Origin: an uncultured Alphaproteobacteria bacterium
GTDB taxonomy: Bacteria > Pseudomonadota > Alphaproteobacteria > Rhizobiales > Xanthobacteraceae
Length of the DNA: 64,000 nt
Direction of reading: 5' to 3'
NCBI GenBank assembly: GCA_963825265.1
Contig: CAWGSI010000005.1
Location: 347,556 to 411,555, forward strand
Shown: positions 1 to 10,601 of the stretch, piece by piece
How the letters are laid out: the number at the start of each line of letters is the position of its first letter
Position numbering within the stretch: the first letter of the stretch is position 1
Made by a program: the position numbers and the translations under genes
The notes under the pieces: model-generated
Seen by the model: only the letters and a program-made list of their open reading frames with translations
Told to the model about the DNA's origin: nothing
Databases searched by the model: none

Positions 1-2
1 CG

Positions 3-941
3 GGCAAGCAGAACGGTCCGGGCGCCGGCGCCGCCAAGCGGCTTGCCGCCGCGCTCACCGCGCTCGCGCAGGCAAGTCCGCAGCTGCGCGGCAAGGCCGA
101 GGCCGCGTTCATCCAGCCGCTGAAAACCGTCTTGGCGAGCCTTCATGCGTCGTTGCAGGCGGAGCCGGTGACGCTGAAGTCGCTGCCGCCCGATCTCATG
201 CAAGAATGGATGTCCCCGGACGGCCGCGCGCGCGTCGAGGTCGCGGCCAGGGGCAGCCCCAACGACAACGTGGAGTTGCGCCAGTTTGCGCACGCCGTGC
301 TCGCGGTCGAGCCGAACGCGGTTGAAGGGCCGATCTCGATCCTGGACGCCGGCGACACGATCGTGCGCGCCTTCATCCAGGCCGGGCTCTGGGCGATGCT
401 GTCGATCGCCATCCTGTTGTGGCTCGTGCTGCGCCGAATCGGCGATGTCCTGCTGACGCTCGTTCCGCTGATGTTGGCGGGCGTGGTGACGCTGGAAATC
501 TGCGTTTTGATAGGCCTGCCGCTCAATTTCGCCAATATCATCGCGCTGCCGTTGCTGCTCGGCGTCGGCGTCGCCTTCAAGATTTATTACATCATGGCTT
601 GGCGCGAGGGGCAGACGAACCTTTTGCAGACCAGCCTCACGCGCGCCGTGTTCTTCAGCGCGCTCACCACCGCCACCGCGTTCGGCAGCCTGTGGTTTTC
701 CAGCCACCCTGGAACCGCCAGCATGGGCAAATTGTTAGCGCTATCGCTGATGTGCACGCTGGCCGCCGCAGTCTTGTTCCAGCCCGTGCTCATGGGTAAG
801 CCGCGCGACGAGACACCAGGGAACGGCGAATCGAGCGGCGGTGCGCTAAACATCGACAAACCGAACAAAGGCAAACAGCGCAACACCAAGCGACGCACCG
901 GCAAGCAGCGCAACGCTGCACCGGTTGCCAAGTCTAGATAA
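3..941 (+). CDS. hpnN: Hopanoid transporter HpnN (MMPL/RND family), C-terminal part; 5' end lies outside the window
   Basis: Frame is open from nt 3. Multiple TM helices with MMPL-type motifs ([54 protein letters not shown]). Adjacent to shc/hpnCDE. Confidence 0.9.
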   Translation, partial: GKQNGPGAGAAKRLAAALTALAQASPQLRGKAEAAFIQPLKTVLASLHASLQAEPVTLKSLPPDLMQEWMSPDGRARVEVAARGSPNDNVELRQFAHAVLAVEPNAVEGPISILDAGDTIVRAFIQAGLWAMLSIAILLWLVLRRIGDVLLTLVPLMLAGVVTLEICVLIGLPLNFANIIALPLLLGVGVAFKIYYIMAWREGQTNLLQTSLTRAVFFSALTTATAFGSLWFSSHPGTASMGKLLALSLMCTLAAAVLFQPVLMGKPRDETPGNGESSGGALNIDKPNKGKQRNTKRRTGKQRNAAPVAKSR

Positions 942-991
942 GGGGAGGCTCGCGACCGTACTCATGCGCGAGTGGCAATGAACAAGGAGAG

Positions 992-1228
992 ATGACGATG
1001 ATCCGCAAACTGATACTGGCGCTCGTTTTGGCTGTTGCCGCCGCGGCGACAACGGCGCGGGCGGGCGGTACGCCTCAGGAACAGGCGGCATGCCGCCCGG
1101 ATGTACGCCGGTTCTGTCATACGATCCCGCCGGGATCGGGCGATGGCGCTTTTCTTGCTTGTCTTCAGGAACACCGTGCCAAGCTTCGCCGCGCCTGCCG
1201 CGCGGTGCTGGAAAGCCATGGCCAGTAA
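992..1228 (+). CDS. Small secreted cysteine-rich repeat protein (Cys_rich_FGFR/GLG1-like pattern)
   Basis: RBS aggag upstream; signal peptide ending ARA; pattern C-RPDVRRF-C...A-CLQEHRAKLRRA-C (4 Cys). Confidence 0.7.
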   Translation: MTMIRKLILALVLAVAAAATTARAGGTPQEQAACRPDVRRFCHTIPPGSGDGAFLACLQEHRAKLRRACRAVLESHGQ

Positions 1229-1404
1229 CGGCAACCGCGCATGACGCCTGCAATAGGTTCAGGAATTGCGATTTTGTTGGGCAACCGTGCGCATGTCCTT
1301 CATGCTATCGAATCACGAATGTGTTCATTTGATTCCGTGAAAAGAACACATTGGCGAAACATGTACGCAGCGTGCTTCCACCTCGGCGAATTGGGTGCTG
1401 CACT

Positions 1405-2001
1405 ATGAAGCTCAGATTGTTGATCGCCATCGTTGCCTGTCTGATGGCCGGGTTTGCCTATGGCGATCCGCCGGGCGTCGCCGAACCCACCGCCGCCGGC
1501 TTGTGGGCGCAAGTCGACGAGCACGGCCGGGTCGGCGGCTGGTTCCTCATATTCGAGGAAAATGGTGCTTACCAAGGGGCCATTGCCAAGATGTTCCTGC
1601 ATCCGGGCGAGGATCCAAATCCGGTCTGCACCCATTGCACGGGCGATCAGAAGAACGCGCCCTCGCTCGGCCTCGTCATCATCAAGAACATGCAGCGCAA
1701 CGGTTTCGTCTATCAAAAAGGCTCCATCCTCGATCCGCGTGACGGCCAGGTCTATCAAGCCAAATTGACGCTGAGCCCCGACGGCCAATCGCTGACGTTG
1801 CGCGGCTATTTCGGCATCGAACTGTTGGGCAAGGATCAGGTGTGGAAACGGCTTCCCAACGACGCGCTGACAAAAGATGAGGTGCCGCCGAACCTCATGC
1901 CGTATTGGCTCGCGCTGCAAAAAACGTCCGGCGGTATGATGACGAAAGACGGCGGGCCGCCCTACACCGGAAGCACCAAGCCTCTGCAACTGCGCCGGTA
2001 G
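1405..2001 (+). CDS. DUF2147-family secreted protein
   Basis: Signal peptide MKLRLLIAIVACLMAGFAYG; family-like motifs AGLWAQVDE, CTHCTGDQKNAPSLGLVII, GSILDPRDGQVY, LTLRGYFGIELLGKDQVWKR. Start set at the ATG at 1405. Confidence 0.8.
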   Translation: MKLRLLIAIVACLMAGFAYGDPPGVAEPTAAGLWAQVDEHGRVGGWFLIFEENGAYQGAIAKMFLHPGEDPNPVCTHCTGDQKNAPSLGLVIIKNMQRNGFVYQKGSILDPRDGQVYQAKLTLSPDGQSLTLRGYFGIELLGKDQVWKRLPNDALTKDEVPPNLMPYWLALQKTSGGMMTKDGGPPYTGSTKPLQLRR

Positions 2002-2020
2002 TTGCAAGCGTCCGGCTGCC

Positions 2021-3994
2021 TCACATGCCGAAATTGACGGCGCGCCCCTGCGTCACGTTCCGGTAGCGCGCCAGCGCCCAGAGCGGAAAAAATTTGGCGT
2101 AGCCGTGGTAGCGCAGATAGAACACGCGCGGGAAACCGGTTGCGGTGTAGCGCTCTTCCGTCCATAGCCCGTCGGACGCTTGCGCGCGCAGGAGATAGTC
2201 GATACCGCGCTCAACCGCCGGCGAGCCGGCTGCGCCCGCCGCCATCAGGCCGATCAACGCCCACGCGGTCTGCGAGGCGGTGCTGGGCGCCTGCTCGTAG
2301 CCGCCGTAGTCCAGTTTGTAGCTGCTGCCGTCCTCGCCCCAGCCGCCGTCTGCGTTCTGAATGGAGACGAGCCAATCGGCCGCCTTGCGCATCGCCGGAT
2401 CGGCGGGATCGAGGCCGAGCACGTTGAGCGCACATAGCACCGACCAAGTGCCGTAGATGTAGTTCATGCCCCAGCGGCCGTACCAACTGCCGTCGGCAAG
2501 CTGGGTGCGGCGCAAATAGTCGAGCGCGCGGCGCTGCACTGGGCTCGTGTCCGCGCGCTCGCCGAACTGCGCCAGCATCGACACGCAGCGCGCTGTGACA
2601 TCCTCAGTCGGCGGATCGAGCAGCGCGCCATGGTCGGCGAACGGGATATTGTTGAGGTAGTAGAACTCGTTGTCGGCATCGAAGGCGCCCCAGGCGCCGT
2701 TCTCGCTCTGCATGCCGACGATCCATTCGCGCGCGCGTTCGAGCGCGCCGCGATAGTCCTGACGGCCAGACGCTTTCTGCACGCGATCCATGGCCATGGC
2801 GACGACGGCGGTATCGTCGACGTCGGGATAATGCGGATTGGCATATTGGAACGCCCAGCCGCCGGGCCGTAAGTTCGGCCGCCGCGCGGTCCAGTCGCCG
2901 CGCACGTCGAGAATTTGCATCGGCACCAGCCAGTCGAGACCCTGCTTGACCTGCGCGGCCGCGCGCTCGCCGCCGGCTTCGAGCAGCGCGTGGCAGACAA
3001 GGCCGGTGTCCCAGATCGGCGAGACGCAAGGCTGGCAATAGGTTTCGGTCTCGTGCACGACTAGAAGCTTCTCCACCGACCTGCGCGCGATGGCGCGCTG
3101 CGGATGGCTTTCCGGAAACCCAAGCACGTCGAACATCATCACGCTGTTCGCCATGGCCGGAAAGATCGCGCCCAAGCCGTCCTCGCCGTTGAGGCGTTCG
3201 CCGACCCAGGCGACGGCACGGTCGATCGCGCGTTGACGCGAGGATAGCCGCCGCAACAACAGCGGCTCGAGCACGCGCAACACGTTGTCGACGCCGCGGA
3301 AGAACCAGAACCACGATGCTTTCTGCTGCGGCGCCTTCGGTGCCGGGCCGAGGTCGGCCGGCGACCCAAGGAAAAGCTCGTCAATCCGCACGCCTTTCGC
3401 GTTGCGCGCAACCGGCCGCTTCGCCATCAGAACGAGGAGCGGCACGATGACGGTGCGGCTCCAATAGGAAATCTTGTCGAGATGAAACGGAAACCACTTC
3501 GGCAACAGCATGATCTCGACCGGCATCATCGGAACGGCGCGCCACGGAATGAATCCGAACAGAGCGAGCATGATGCGCGTAAACACGTTCGCCCGTTCGG
3601 CGCCGCCGCGTGCGCGCAGCGCCTCGCGCGCGCGGCGCATGTGGTCGGCATTGACCGGGTCGCCGATCATCTTGAGCGCAAAATAGGCTTTCACGGTCGC
3701 GCTGGCGTCGAGATCGCCGTCGCGGAACAACGGCCAGCCGCCGTGCGCGCCCTGGATGCGGCGCAGATAAACGGCGATTTTCGCTTCGAGCGCGGCATCG
3801 AGCGGCTCGCCAAGATAGTGCCGCAGCAGCACGTATTCGGCCGGAATGGTGGCGTCGGCCTCAAGCTCGAACACCCAATGCCCGTCCGGCCGCTGGCGCG
3901 CGAGCAGGGCATCGGTCGCAGAAGCGATCGTGCGCTCAAGCGCTGGATGCGTCTGCGCTTTGCCGTCGGCCGGATGGTTCAAGGTGTCGGACAT
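2021..3994 (-). CDS. shc: Squalene-hopene cyclase
   Basis: Catalytic DVDDTA motif, QW repeats (QRPDGHW, QSENGAW, QLADGSW, QNADGGW), TGFPRVFYLRYHGY C-terminus. Confidence 0.97.
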   Translation of the reverse strand: MSDTLNHPADGKAQTHPALERTIASATDALLARQRPDGHWVFELEADATIPAEYVLLRHYLGEPLDAALEAKIAVYLRRIQGAHGGWPLFRDGDLDASATVKAYFALKMIGDPVNADHMRRAREALRARGGAERANVFTRIMLALFGFIPWRAVPMMPVEIMLLPKWFPFHLDKISYWSRTVIVPLLVLMAKRPVARNAKGVRIDELFLGSPADLGPAPKAPQQKASWFWFFRGVDNVLRVLEPLLLRRLSSRQRAIDRAVAWVGERLNGEDGLGAIFPAMANSVMMFDVLGFPESHPQRAIARRSVEKLLVVHETETYCQPCVSPIWDTGLVCHALLEAGGERAAAQVKQGLDWLVPMQILDVRGDWTARRPNLRPGGWAFQYANPHYPDVDDTAVVAMAMDRVQKASGRQDYRGALERAREWIVGMQSENGAWGAFDADNEFYYLNNIPFADHGALLDPPTEDVTARCVSMLAQFGERADTSPVQRRALDYLRRTQLADGSWYGRWGMNYIYGTWSVLCALNVLGLDPADPAMRKAADWLVSIQNADGGWGEDGSSYKLDYGGYEQAPSTASQTAWALIGLMAAGAAGSPAVERGIDYLLRAQASDGLWTEERYTATGFPRVFYLRYHGYAKFFPLWALARYRNVTQGRAVNFGM

Positions 3995-4005
3995 CGCGCC
4001 TATCG

Positions 4006-5253
4006 TCAGTTCATCGTTGCGATCAAGTTTGCCGCCCGGTTGCCGGACCGTATCGCGCCCTCGATGGTCGCCGGCAAGCCGGTCGCAGTCCAATCGCCGG
4101 CGAGCAGAAGATTACTCCAACGTGTGTGCGGCTCCGGGCGCTTGACGTCCTCGCGCGGCAATGCGGCGAAAGTGGCCCTCCGTTCCCGCACGATTTGCCA
4201 CGCGGGCAGGGGGCCCGCAATGCCCGCGACCTCGGCGACTTCCCGCCAGATCAGGGCGGCGAGTTCCTCGCGCGGCGTGTCGAGCAGCCGGTCGGCGCTG
4301 CTGATGGTGACGGAAAGACGGTCGGGAAAGGCAAACAGCCATTCGGCGGTGCCGTTGACGATGCCGGTCATGGGCGCGAGCGCCGCGGGCGGCGTGAGGC
4401 GGAAATGCGCGTTCACGATGGCGCGAAATTCGTCCGGCGCCGCCAAATCGGGAACGAGTGATGCGGCAACCACCGGCGGCACCGCGAGAACAGCGGCATC
4501 GCCCGGCCGCAGCGGCACCGTGAGATCGCCGAATTCGAGCCCGCTCACGCGGTCCGCGTCGAATGTCAACGCCCGCAGCCGCTCGCCGAACAGGACTTTG
4601 CCGCCATTCGCCGCGATGAACCGCAGCGCCGGCTCGACGAAGGCCGCCGACAATCCGTCGCGCGCAAACAGCGGCCGGTAGCTGCGCCCGCCCGCGGCCA
4701 GCGTTTCGCGGATCACCGCCGCGGCGAGGCTGGCGGAACTCGCCGGCGGTTCGGTGTTGAGCGCCGCCAGCAGCAACGGCCCGAGCAGCCGGTCGTACAG
4801 GGAGCCTTTGCAGTCGAGCACCTCGCCGATGGTCGCGCCGGGCGCCGCGCGCAGCAGGCGCAGAACGGCCAGATAATCGCGCGCGCGCGTTCCCGGCACG
4901 CGGCGGTTCGAAGCGAATATCCACCAGGGGATGCGGCCGTCATTGGCGCGCAATGTCCAGCGCTCATGGGTCGCGAGATCGACAAAAGGAAAGCGCGCGT
5001 CCGGCGGCCCGGCGAGACGGTCGCGGGCGCCGATCGTTTCAAGATAGCCGAGCGCCGCCCGGTTGCCGGACAACAGGAGATGGTTGCCGTTATCGATCGT
5101 GATCCCAAGCACCGGGTCGAGGTAGGAGCGGCAGCGCCCGCCCGCCTGATTGGTCGCCTCATGGACGGTCGCGCGCACGCCTTGCCCGCAAAGCCGCACG
5201 GCGGTGGCGAGGCCGGCGAGACCTGCGCCGATGATGTGGACCGAGCGTGTCAT
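4006..5253 (-). CDS. hpnE: Hydroxysqualene dehydroxylase HpnE (FAD-dependent)
   Basis: GAGLAGL Rossmann motif, GGRCRSY, DNGNHLLLSGN, LAGDWTATGLPATIEGAIRSG. TAATG overlap with hpnD. Confidence 0.93.
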   Translation of the reverse strand: MTRSVHIIGAGLAGLATAVRLCGQGVRATVHEATNQAGGRCRSYLDPVLGITIDNGNHLLLSGNRAALGYLETIGARDRLAGPPDARFPFVDLATHERWTLRANDGRIPWWIFASNRRVPGTRARDYLAVLRLLRAAPGATIGEVLDCKGSLYDRLLGPLLLAALNTEPPASSASLAAAVIRETLAAGGRSYRPLFARDGLSAAFVEPALRFIAANGGKVLFGERLRALTFDADRVSGLEFGDLTVPLRPGDAAVLAVPPVVAASLVPDLAAPDEFRAIVNAHFRLTPPAALAPMTGIVNGTAEWLFAFPDRLSVTISSADRLLDTPREELAALIWREVAEVAGIAGPLPAWQIVRERRATFAALPREDVKRPEPHTRWSNLLLAGDWTATGLPATIEGAIRSGNRAANLIATMN

Positions 5254-6092
5254 TACAAAATCGCGTAGCGCAGCAATATCCAGACGAATTGCCGGCGGCG
5301 CAGCCGCACCGGCCTGCGCGGCGGCAGCCAGCCGCGGGCGAGCATCTGGTCGTACATCATGCGATAGGCCGTCGCCATAATGCGCGGCGTGCGCACCGTC
5401 CGGCGCGGGCTGCGCGCCATGATGGCCTCGGCCTCCGCGAAGTGCCGGCCGGCCACCGCGGCAACCGTCGCGCAAGCCTGGCCGATCGTCGGACTGGCCA
5501 GCACGGCCGCGGGCTCGCCCATGGCGATGCCGGCGCCGGCCAGCGCCTCGCGCGGCAGATAGAGGCGGCCGATGGCGGCGTCCTCGTCGAGGTCGCGCAA
5601 AATATTCGTCATTTGCAGCGCGCGCCCGAGATGATGCGCGAGCGCCAGCCCATCCTTCTTCTCCATGCCGAACACACAAACACTCAGCCGGCCCACCGCG
5701 CTGGCGACGCGGTCGCAATAGAGGTCGAACGTGGCGAAATCCGGTGCGCGGATGTCGGCAACGACGTCCATCTCCATGCCGTCGATGACGGCGAGGAAAT
5801 CTTCGCGTTGCAGATTGAAGTTGCGCGCGGCGCGCGCAAGCGCGCTTAAGCGCGGCGGCGGTGTGCTTGTGTAGAGCGCGCCAATGTCGGCGCGCCACTT
5901 CTGCAATTGTTCGAGACGCGCGTCGCGCGGACCGGCTTCGTCGGCGATGTCATCGACCTTGCGGCAGAACGAATAGATTTCGAACATCGCTTCGCGCTGC
6001 GCTTTCGGCATAATGCGCATGGCGAGATAGAATGAGCTGCCGGACGCACGCTGTTCGGCCGCCACGGTCGGTTCATCGGTCACAACCGTCAC
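5253..6092 (-). CDS. hpnD: Presqualene diphosphate synthase HpnD
   Basis: SGSSFYLAM, FCRKVDDIAD, YCDRVASAVG, LQMTNILRDLDEDA motifs; position within hpnCDE. Confidence 0.93.
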   Translation of the reverse strand: MTVVTDEPTVAAEQRASGSSFYLAMRIMPKAQREAMFEIYSFCRKVDDIADEAGPRDARLEQLQKWRADIGALYTSTPPPRLSALARAARNFNLQREDFLAVIDGMEMDVVADIRAPDFATFDLYCDRVASAVGRLSVCVFGMEKKDGLALAHHLGRALQMTNILRDLDEDAAIGRLYLPREALAGAGIAMGEPAAVLASPTIGQACATVAAVAGRHFAEAEAIMARSPRRTVRTPRIMATAYRMMYDQMLARGWLPPRRPVRLRRRQFVWILLRYAIL

Positions 6093-6961
6093 GGCCGCGC
6101 CACCGAAACGTGACGCTGACGGCCGGCGCGCCGCATGAGGCCCTTGAGCACGGCGAGCAGGCTGATGCCCGCGACGCCAAGCTTGCCGAGATGCACGCGC
6201 TCGCTCAACGGATCGCGCTGCGTGAGGATGCCGGCGATCCGTTGCGCCAGCGTCTGGATGACCGAAAGCTCGAGTGCGAGCCGCCAGTCCTCGACCATGC
6301 TTGGCAACGCGTCGCCCTCGTGCAGCAGGACCGCGGTGCGTTGCGCCAGCCCGGCGAGACAGCGCCGCAAATCGGGCGAGGCTTTGGCGGCGCTAAGCGC
6401 CTCGACGCCGAGGCCGCACGCGGCGAGCGCATCGAGCGGGATATAGACCCGGTCGAGATTGCGGTAGTCCGCCGCGCAATCCTGGATGTGATTGATGACC
6501 TGCAGCGCCGCGCAGGTGGCGTCGGACGCGGGCCAGGTGGCGCGGCTTTCCCCGTGCACGTCGAGCACGAAACGCCCGACCGGCATCGCGGAATAGGCGC
6601 AGTAACCCATGAGGTCGTCCCAGTCGCGGTAGCGCAGTTTGGTGGCGTCGAGCCGAAAGGCCTTGAGCAGATCCTGCGCATGCACAGGCGACATGGCGCG
6701 CTCGGCCAGCGCGCGGCGTAGCGCGACCGCCTGCGCGTTGCCATCTCCTGCGCCAAGCAAATCGGTTTCAAGACGGTCCAGCAGGCCGACCTTCTCCTGC
6801 GCCGATAGCGAGGGGTGGTCGGCGATGTCGTCGGCGGAGCGCACGAATTCGTAGAAAGCAAGAATCAGCGCGCGATGACGCGGCGCGATCAGCCACGACG
6901 CGACAGGAAAATTTTCGTCGCGATGGCCTTTGCCGGACCGGAATTCACTGGCATCCATCAT
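6089..6961 (-). CDS. hpnC: Hydroxysqualene synthase HpnC
   Basis: HRDENFPVAS, RSADDIADH, YCAYSAMPVGRFVL, LQVINHIQDC motifs; ATGA overlap with hpnB. Confidence 0.93.
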   Translation of the reverse strand: MMDASEFRSGKGHRDENFPVASWLIAPRHRALILAFYEFVRSADDIADHPSLSAQEKVGLLDRLETDLLGAGDGNAQAVALRRALAERAMSPVHAQDLLKAFRLDATKLRYRDWDDLMGYCAYSAMPVGRFVLDVHGESRATWPASDATCAALQVINHIQDCAADYRNLDRVYIPLDALAACGLGVEALSAAKASPDLRRCLAGLAQRTAVLLHEGDALPSMVEDWRLALELSVIQTLAQRIAGILTQRDPLSERVHLGKLGVAGISLLAVLKGLMRRAGRQRHVSVARP

Positions 6962-8103
6962 CGTACGCCGTTCACATTCGACTGCACGCGGCCTTTCCAG
7001 AGGCCGCCGCGTTTGCGGGCATATTGATAGGCGGAGTCGAGGGTAAAGGCCATGTAGGCAAACGCGATCGCCGGCAGAAAAGGTCCCCATAATGGCGACA
7101 ACCGGTAAAACCGCAGGATCGGCTGGAACGCGATTGCCATAATTGCCCAGGCGATGAGGCCGAGTATTTGTGCAAGGCCGTGGCCGAGCAGCGCCAGAAC
7201 GAGCGGAAGCAGATAGACGAGCGCCATGCCGGCTGTCGTTGCCGCGAGCAGCAGCGGCGAATAGCCAAGCTGCGCATAGGCCGAGCGCGCGACCATGCGC
7301 CGGATGTCCTGCACCGTCGCATAACCGCGGATGCTGCGTGCGCGTTGCGTCAAAGCGAGGCGGATTGGTCCCTGCGGCTTGAGGCTGCGCGCCAGCGCGC
7401 AATCGTCGATCAAGGCGCCGCGAATGGCCTCGATGCCGCCGGCCGCGACGAGCGCGTCGCGGCGCACCAGCATGCAGCCGCCGGCCGCCGCCGCGGCAGC
7501 GCGGTCTTTGCGGTTGACCCAGGCGAACGGGTAGAGCATCTGGAAGAAAAAGATGAAGGCCGGCACGAATGCGCGTTCGGCGAAGCTCTCGCAGCGCAAT
7601 TTGACCATCAGCGAATTAAGCACCAGTCCGTCGGCTTGCGCTTTTGACACCAGGCGCGTGAGCACGTCGCGGTCGTAGACGATGTCGGCGTCGGTGAAGA
7701 GCAGATAGGCCGGCTCAGCGTGCAGCGCGCGTTCGACGCCTTGCTGCATCGCCCACAATTTGCCGGTCCAGCCGGCCGGCAGCGCGGCGCCGGGCAGGAC
7801 GGTCAGTTTGTTCGGCGCGCCCGCCGCGGCGCGCCGCGCCACGTCCGCCGTGCCGTCGGTGCTTTGATCGTCCACCAGGATGACGGAAAACGCGCCGGGA
7901 TAATCCTGCGACAGCAGCGAGGCGACGGTCTGCCCCACGCTTTCGGCTTCGTCGCGCGCCGGGATGACGATCATGACCGAAGGCCATGTTTCGGGCGCCG
8001 GCCCGCCGTCCTCTCGCCCCCCCGCCACCCAAAAGCCGCCGCGCCCTGCAATCAGGTAAATCCAAACCGCGAGCGCGGCAGCGGCTAAGAGGTTCACCGC
8101 CAT
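6958..8103 (-). CDS. hpnB: Hopanoid glycosyltransferase HpnB (GT2)
   Basis: VIPARDE, VDDQSTDGT, WTGKLWAM, LLFTDADI, GALIDDCALA, RRMVARSAYAQL; directly upstream of hpnC. Confidence 0.88.
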   Translation of the reverse strand: MAVNLLAAAALAVWIYLIAGRGGFWVAGGREDGGPAPETWPSVMIVIPARDEAESVGQTVASLLSQDYPGAFSVILVDDQSTDGTADVARRAAAGAPNKLTVLPGAALPAGWTGKLWAMQQGVERALHAEPAYLLFTDADIVYDRDVLTRLVSKAQADGLVLNSLMVKLRCESFAERAFVPAFIFFFQMLYPFAWVNRKDRAAAAAAGGCMLVRRDALVAAGGIEAIRGALIDDCALARSLKPQGPIRLALTQRARSIRGYATVQDIRRMVARSAYAQLGYSPLLLAATTAGMALVYLLPLVLALLGHGLAQILGLIAWAIMAIAFQPILRFYRLSPLWGPFLPAIAFAYMAFTLDSAYQYARKRGGLWKGRVQSNVNGVR

Positions 8104-8301
8104 TGGACCGGAATATTCCTCGGATTGGACCACCCGGCGCTCCAGTCGAAGGAGACAGTGCGGGTTGCAAATAATCATGGCGGGTCCGGCGAGATTTTCC
8201 AAGGGCCGCGCGCGTCATCTCGGCCTATCGTAAATCAAGCCCGGACATAGCGATGAATCCGCGCTATTGAAGCGCTGATCTATCAGCGGCAGGAGCTGGC
8301 G

Positions 8302-9183
8302 ATGGCGGGCGTTGTCGGATTGATCGGGATCGGATTGATGGGCACAGCGCTGGCACGCCGCCTGCTCGACGCCGGATATCGTGTCGTCGGCTTCGACATC
8401 GCCCCGGCGCGGCGCGATGCACTCCTCGCCATGGGCGGCGAGCCGGCCGAATCCGTGGCGGAAGTCGCGGCTCGCTGCCGGCGCTATCTGATCGCCGTGA
8501 TGACGGTGGCCCAAGTCGAACAGGTGGTCGAAGGCAAAGGCGGGCTCATCGAGACCGGCGAGCCAAAGCATTCGCGCGTCGCCATGTGCACCGCGACCTG
8601 CGAGCCCGACCGCATCGAAGCGCTCGCCGCCCGCGCGGCCGCGCGTAACTTCACCTTTCTCGACACGCCGGTCTCCGGCACCAGTGGGCAGGTGCTGCAG
8701 GGCGACGGTTATGGACTGATTGCCGGCGACAAAGCCGCCGCCGCGGCCGCCGACGATATTCTGGGCGTGATCTATCCGCGCCGCCAGTACATCGGGCCGG
8801 CGGGAACCGCGACCAAGACCAAGCTTGCGATCAATCACATCCTGGGGCTCAACCGTGTGGCGCTCGCCGAGGGCCTGGTGTTTGCCGAACGGCTCGGCCT
8901 TGGCCTGCACGGCTTTCTTGAGGTAGCGCGCAAGTCGGCCGCCTATTCGCAGATCATGGACGTCAAGGGCGACAAGATGGTGACCGGCGACTTCTCGCCG
9001 GTTAGCAAGGTCAATCAGCACCACAAGGACTTCAACACGATCCTGAGCGAGGCGCGCAAGCGCGGCCAGCAATTGCCCTTCGCCTCGCTGCTGGTCGAAG
9101 TGCTCGAAGCCTGCGAGCGGCACGGCGACGCTGAGCGCGATAACGCGATTACCATCGAGGAGATCCGCCGCCGCAAGGCGTAG
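8302..9183 (+). CDS. NAD(P)-dependent beta-hydroxyacid dehydrogenase (3-hydroxyisobutyrate/6PGD family)
   Basis: GLIGIGLMG Rossmann motif, FLDTPVSG, catalytic Lys region ATKTKLAINHILG; RBS aggag. Confidence 0.85.
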   Translation: MAGVVGLIGIGLMGTALARRLLDAGYRVVGFDIAPARRDALLAMGGEPAESVAEVAARCRRYLIAVMTVAQVEQVVEGKGGLIETGEPKHSRVAMCTATCEPDRIEALAARAAARNFTFLDTPVSGTSGQVLQGDGYGLIAGDKAAAAAADDILGVIYPRRQYIGPAGTATKTKLAINHILGLNRVALAEGLVFAERLGLGLHGFLEVARKSAAYSQIMDVKGDKMVTGDFSPVSKVNQHHKDFNTILSEARKRGQQLPFASLLVEVLEACERHGDAERDNAITIEEIRRRKA

Positions 9184-9197
9184 CGCGGAGGCTCTGC

Positions 9198-9521
9198 TCA
9201 GCGCCCCTGATAGGCCGGCGTGCGCACGACCAGGCCGTCGAGCGCCTCCGTCACCTTGATCTGGCAGGCCAGCCGCGAGGTCGGTTTTACCTCGAAGGCG
9301 AAGTCGAGCATGTCCTCTTCCTCGCTCGACGGCGGGCCGACCGCCGGAAACCACTTCTCGTCCACGTGCACCAGGCAGGTCGCGCAGGTGCAGGAGCCGC
9401 CGCATTCGGCCACGATGCTGGTCACGTTATTGCGCTGCGCCGTCTCCATCACGGTCGAGCCGATTTCGGCCTCGACCGTGTGCACGGCGCCGTCATGTTC
9501 GATGTAAGTGATCTTCGGCAT
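9198..9521 (-). CDS. [2Fe-2S] ferredoxin, adrenodoxin/putidaredoxin type
   Basis: [12 protein letters not shown]...SRLACQI Cys pattern. Confidence 0.93.
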   Translation of the reverse strand: MPKITYIEHDGAVHTVEAEIGSTVMETAQRNNVTSIVAECGGSCTCATCLVHVDEKWFPAVGPPSSEEEDMLDFAFEVKPTSRLACQIKVTEALDGLVVRTPAYQGR

Positions 9522-9527
9522 GAAAGA

Positions 9528-10601
<1,074 letters not shown>

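Noticed and set aside
5254-5898. 215-aa N-terminal extension of the hpnE ORF
   Set aside because: Overlaps hpnD in another frame; the true start is the TAATG-coupled ATG at 5253. The same reasoning was used to trim the nirA, urtC, hcrA, hpnC and permease ORFs.
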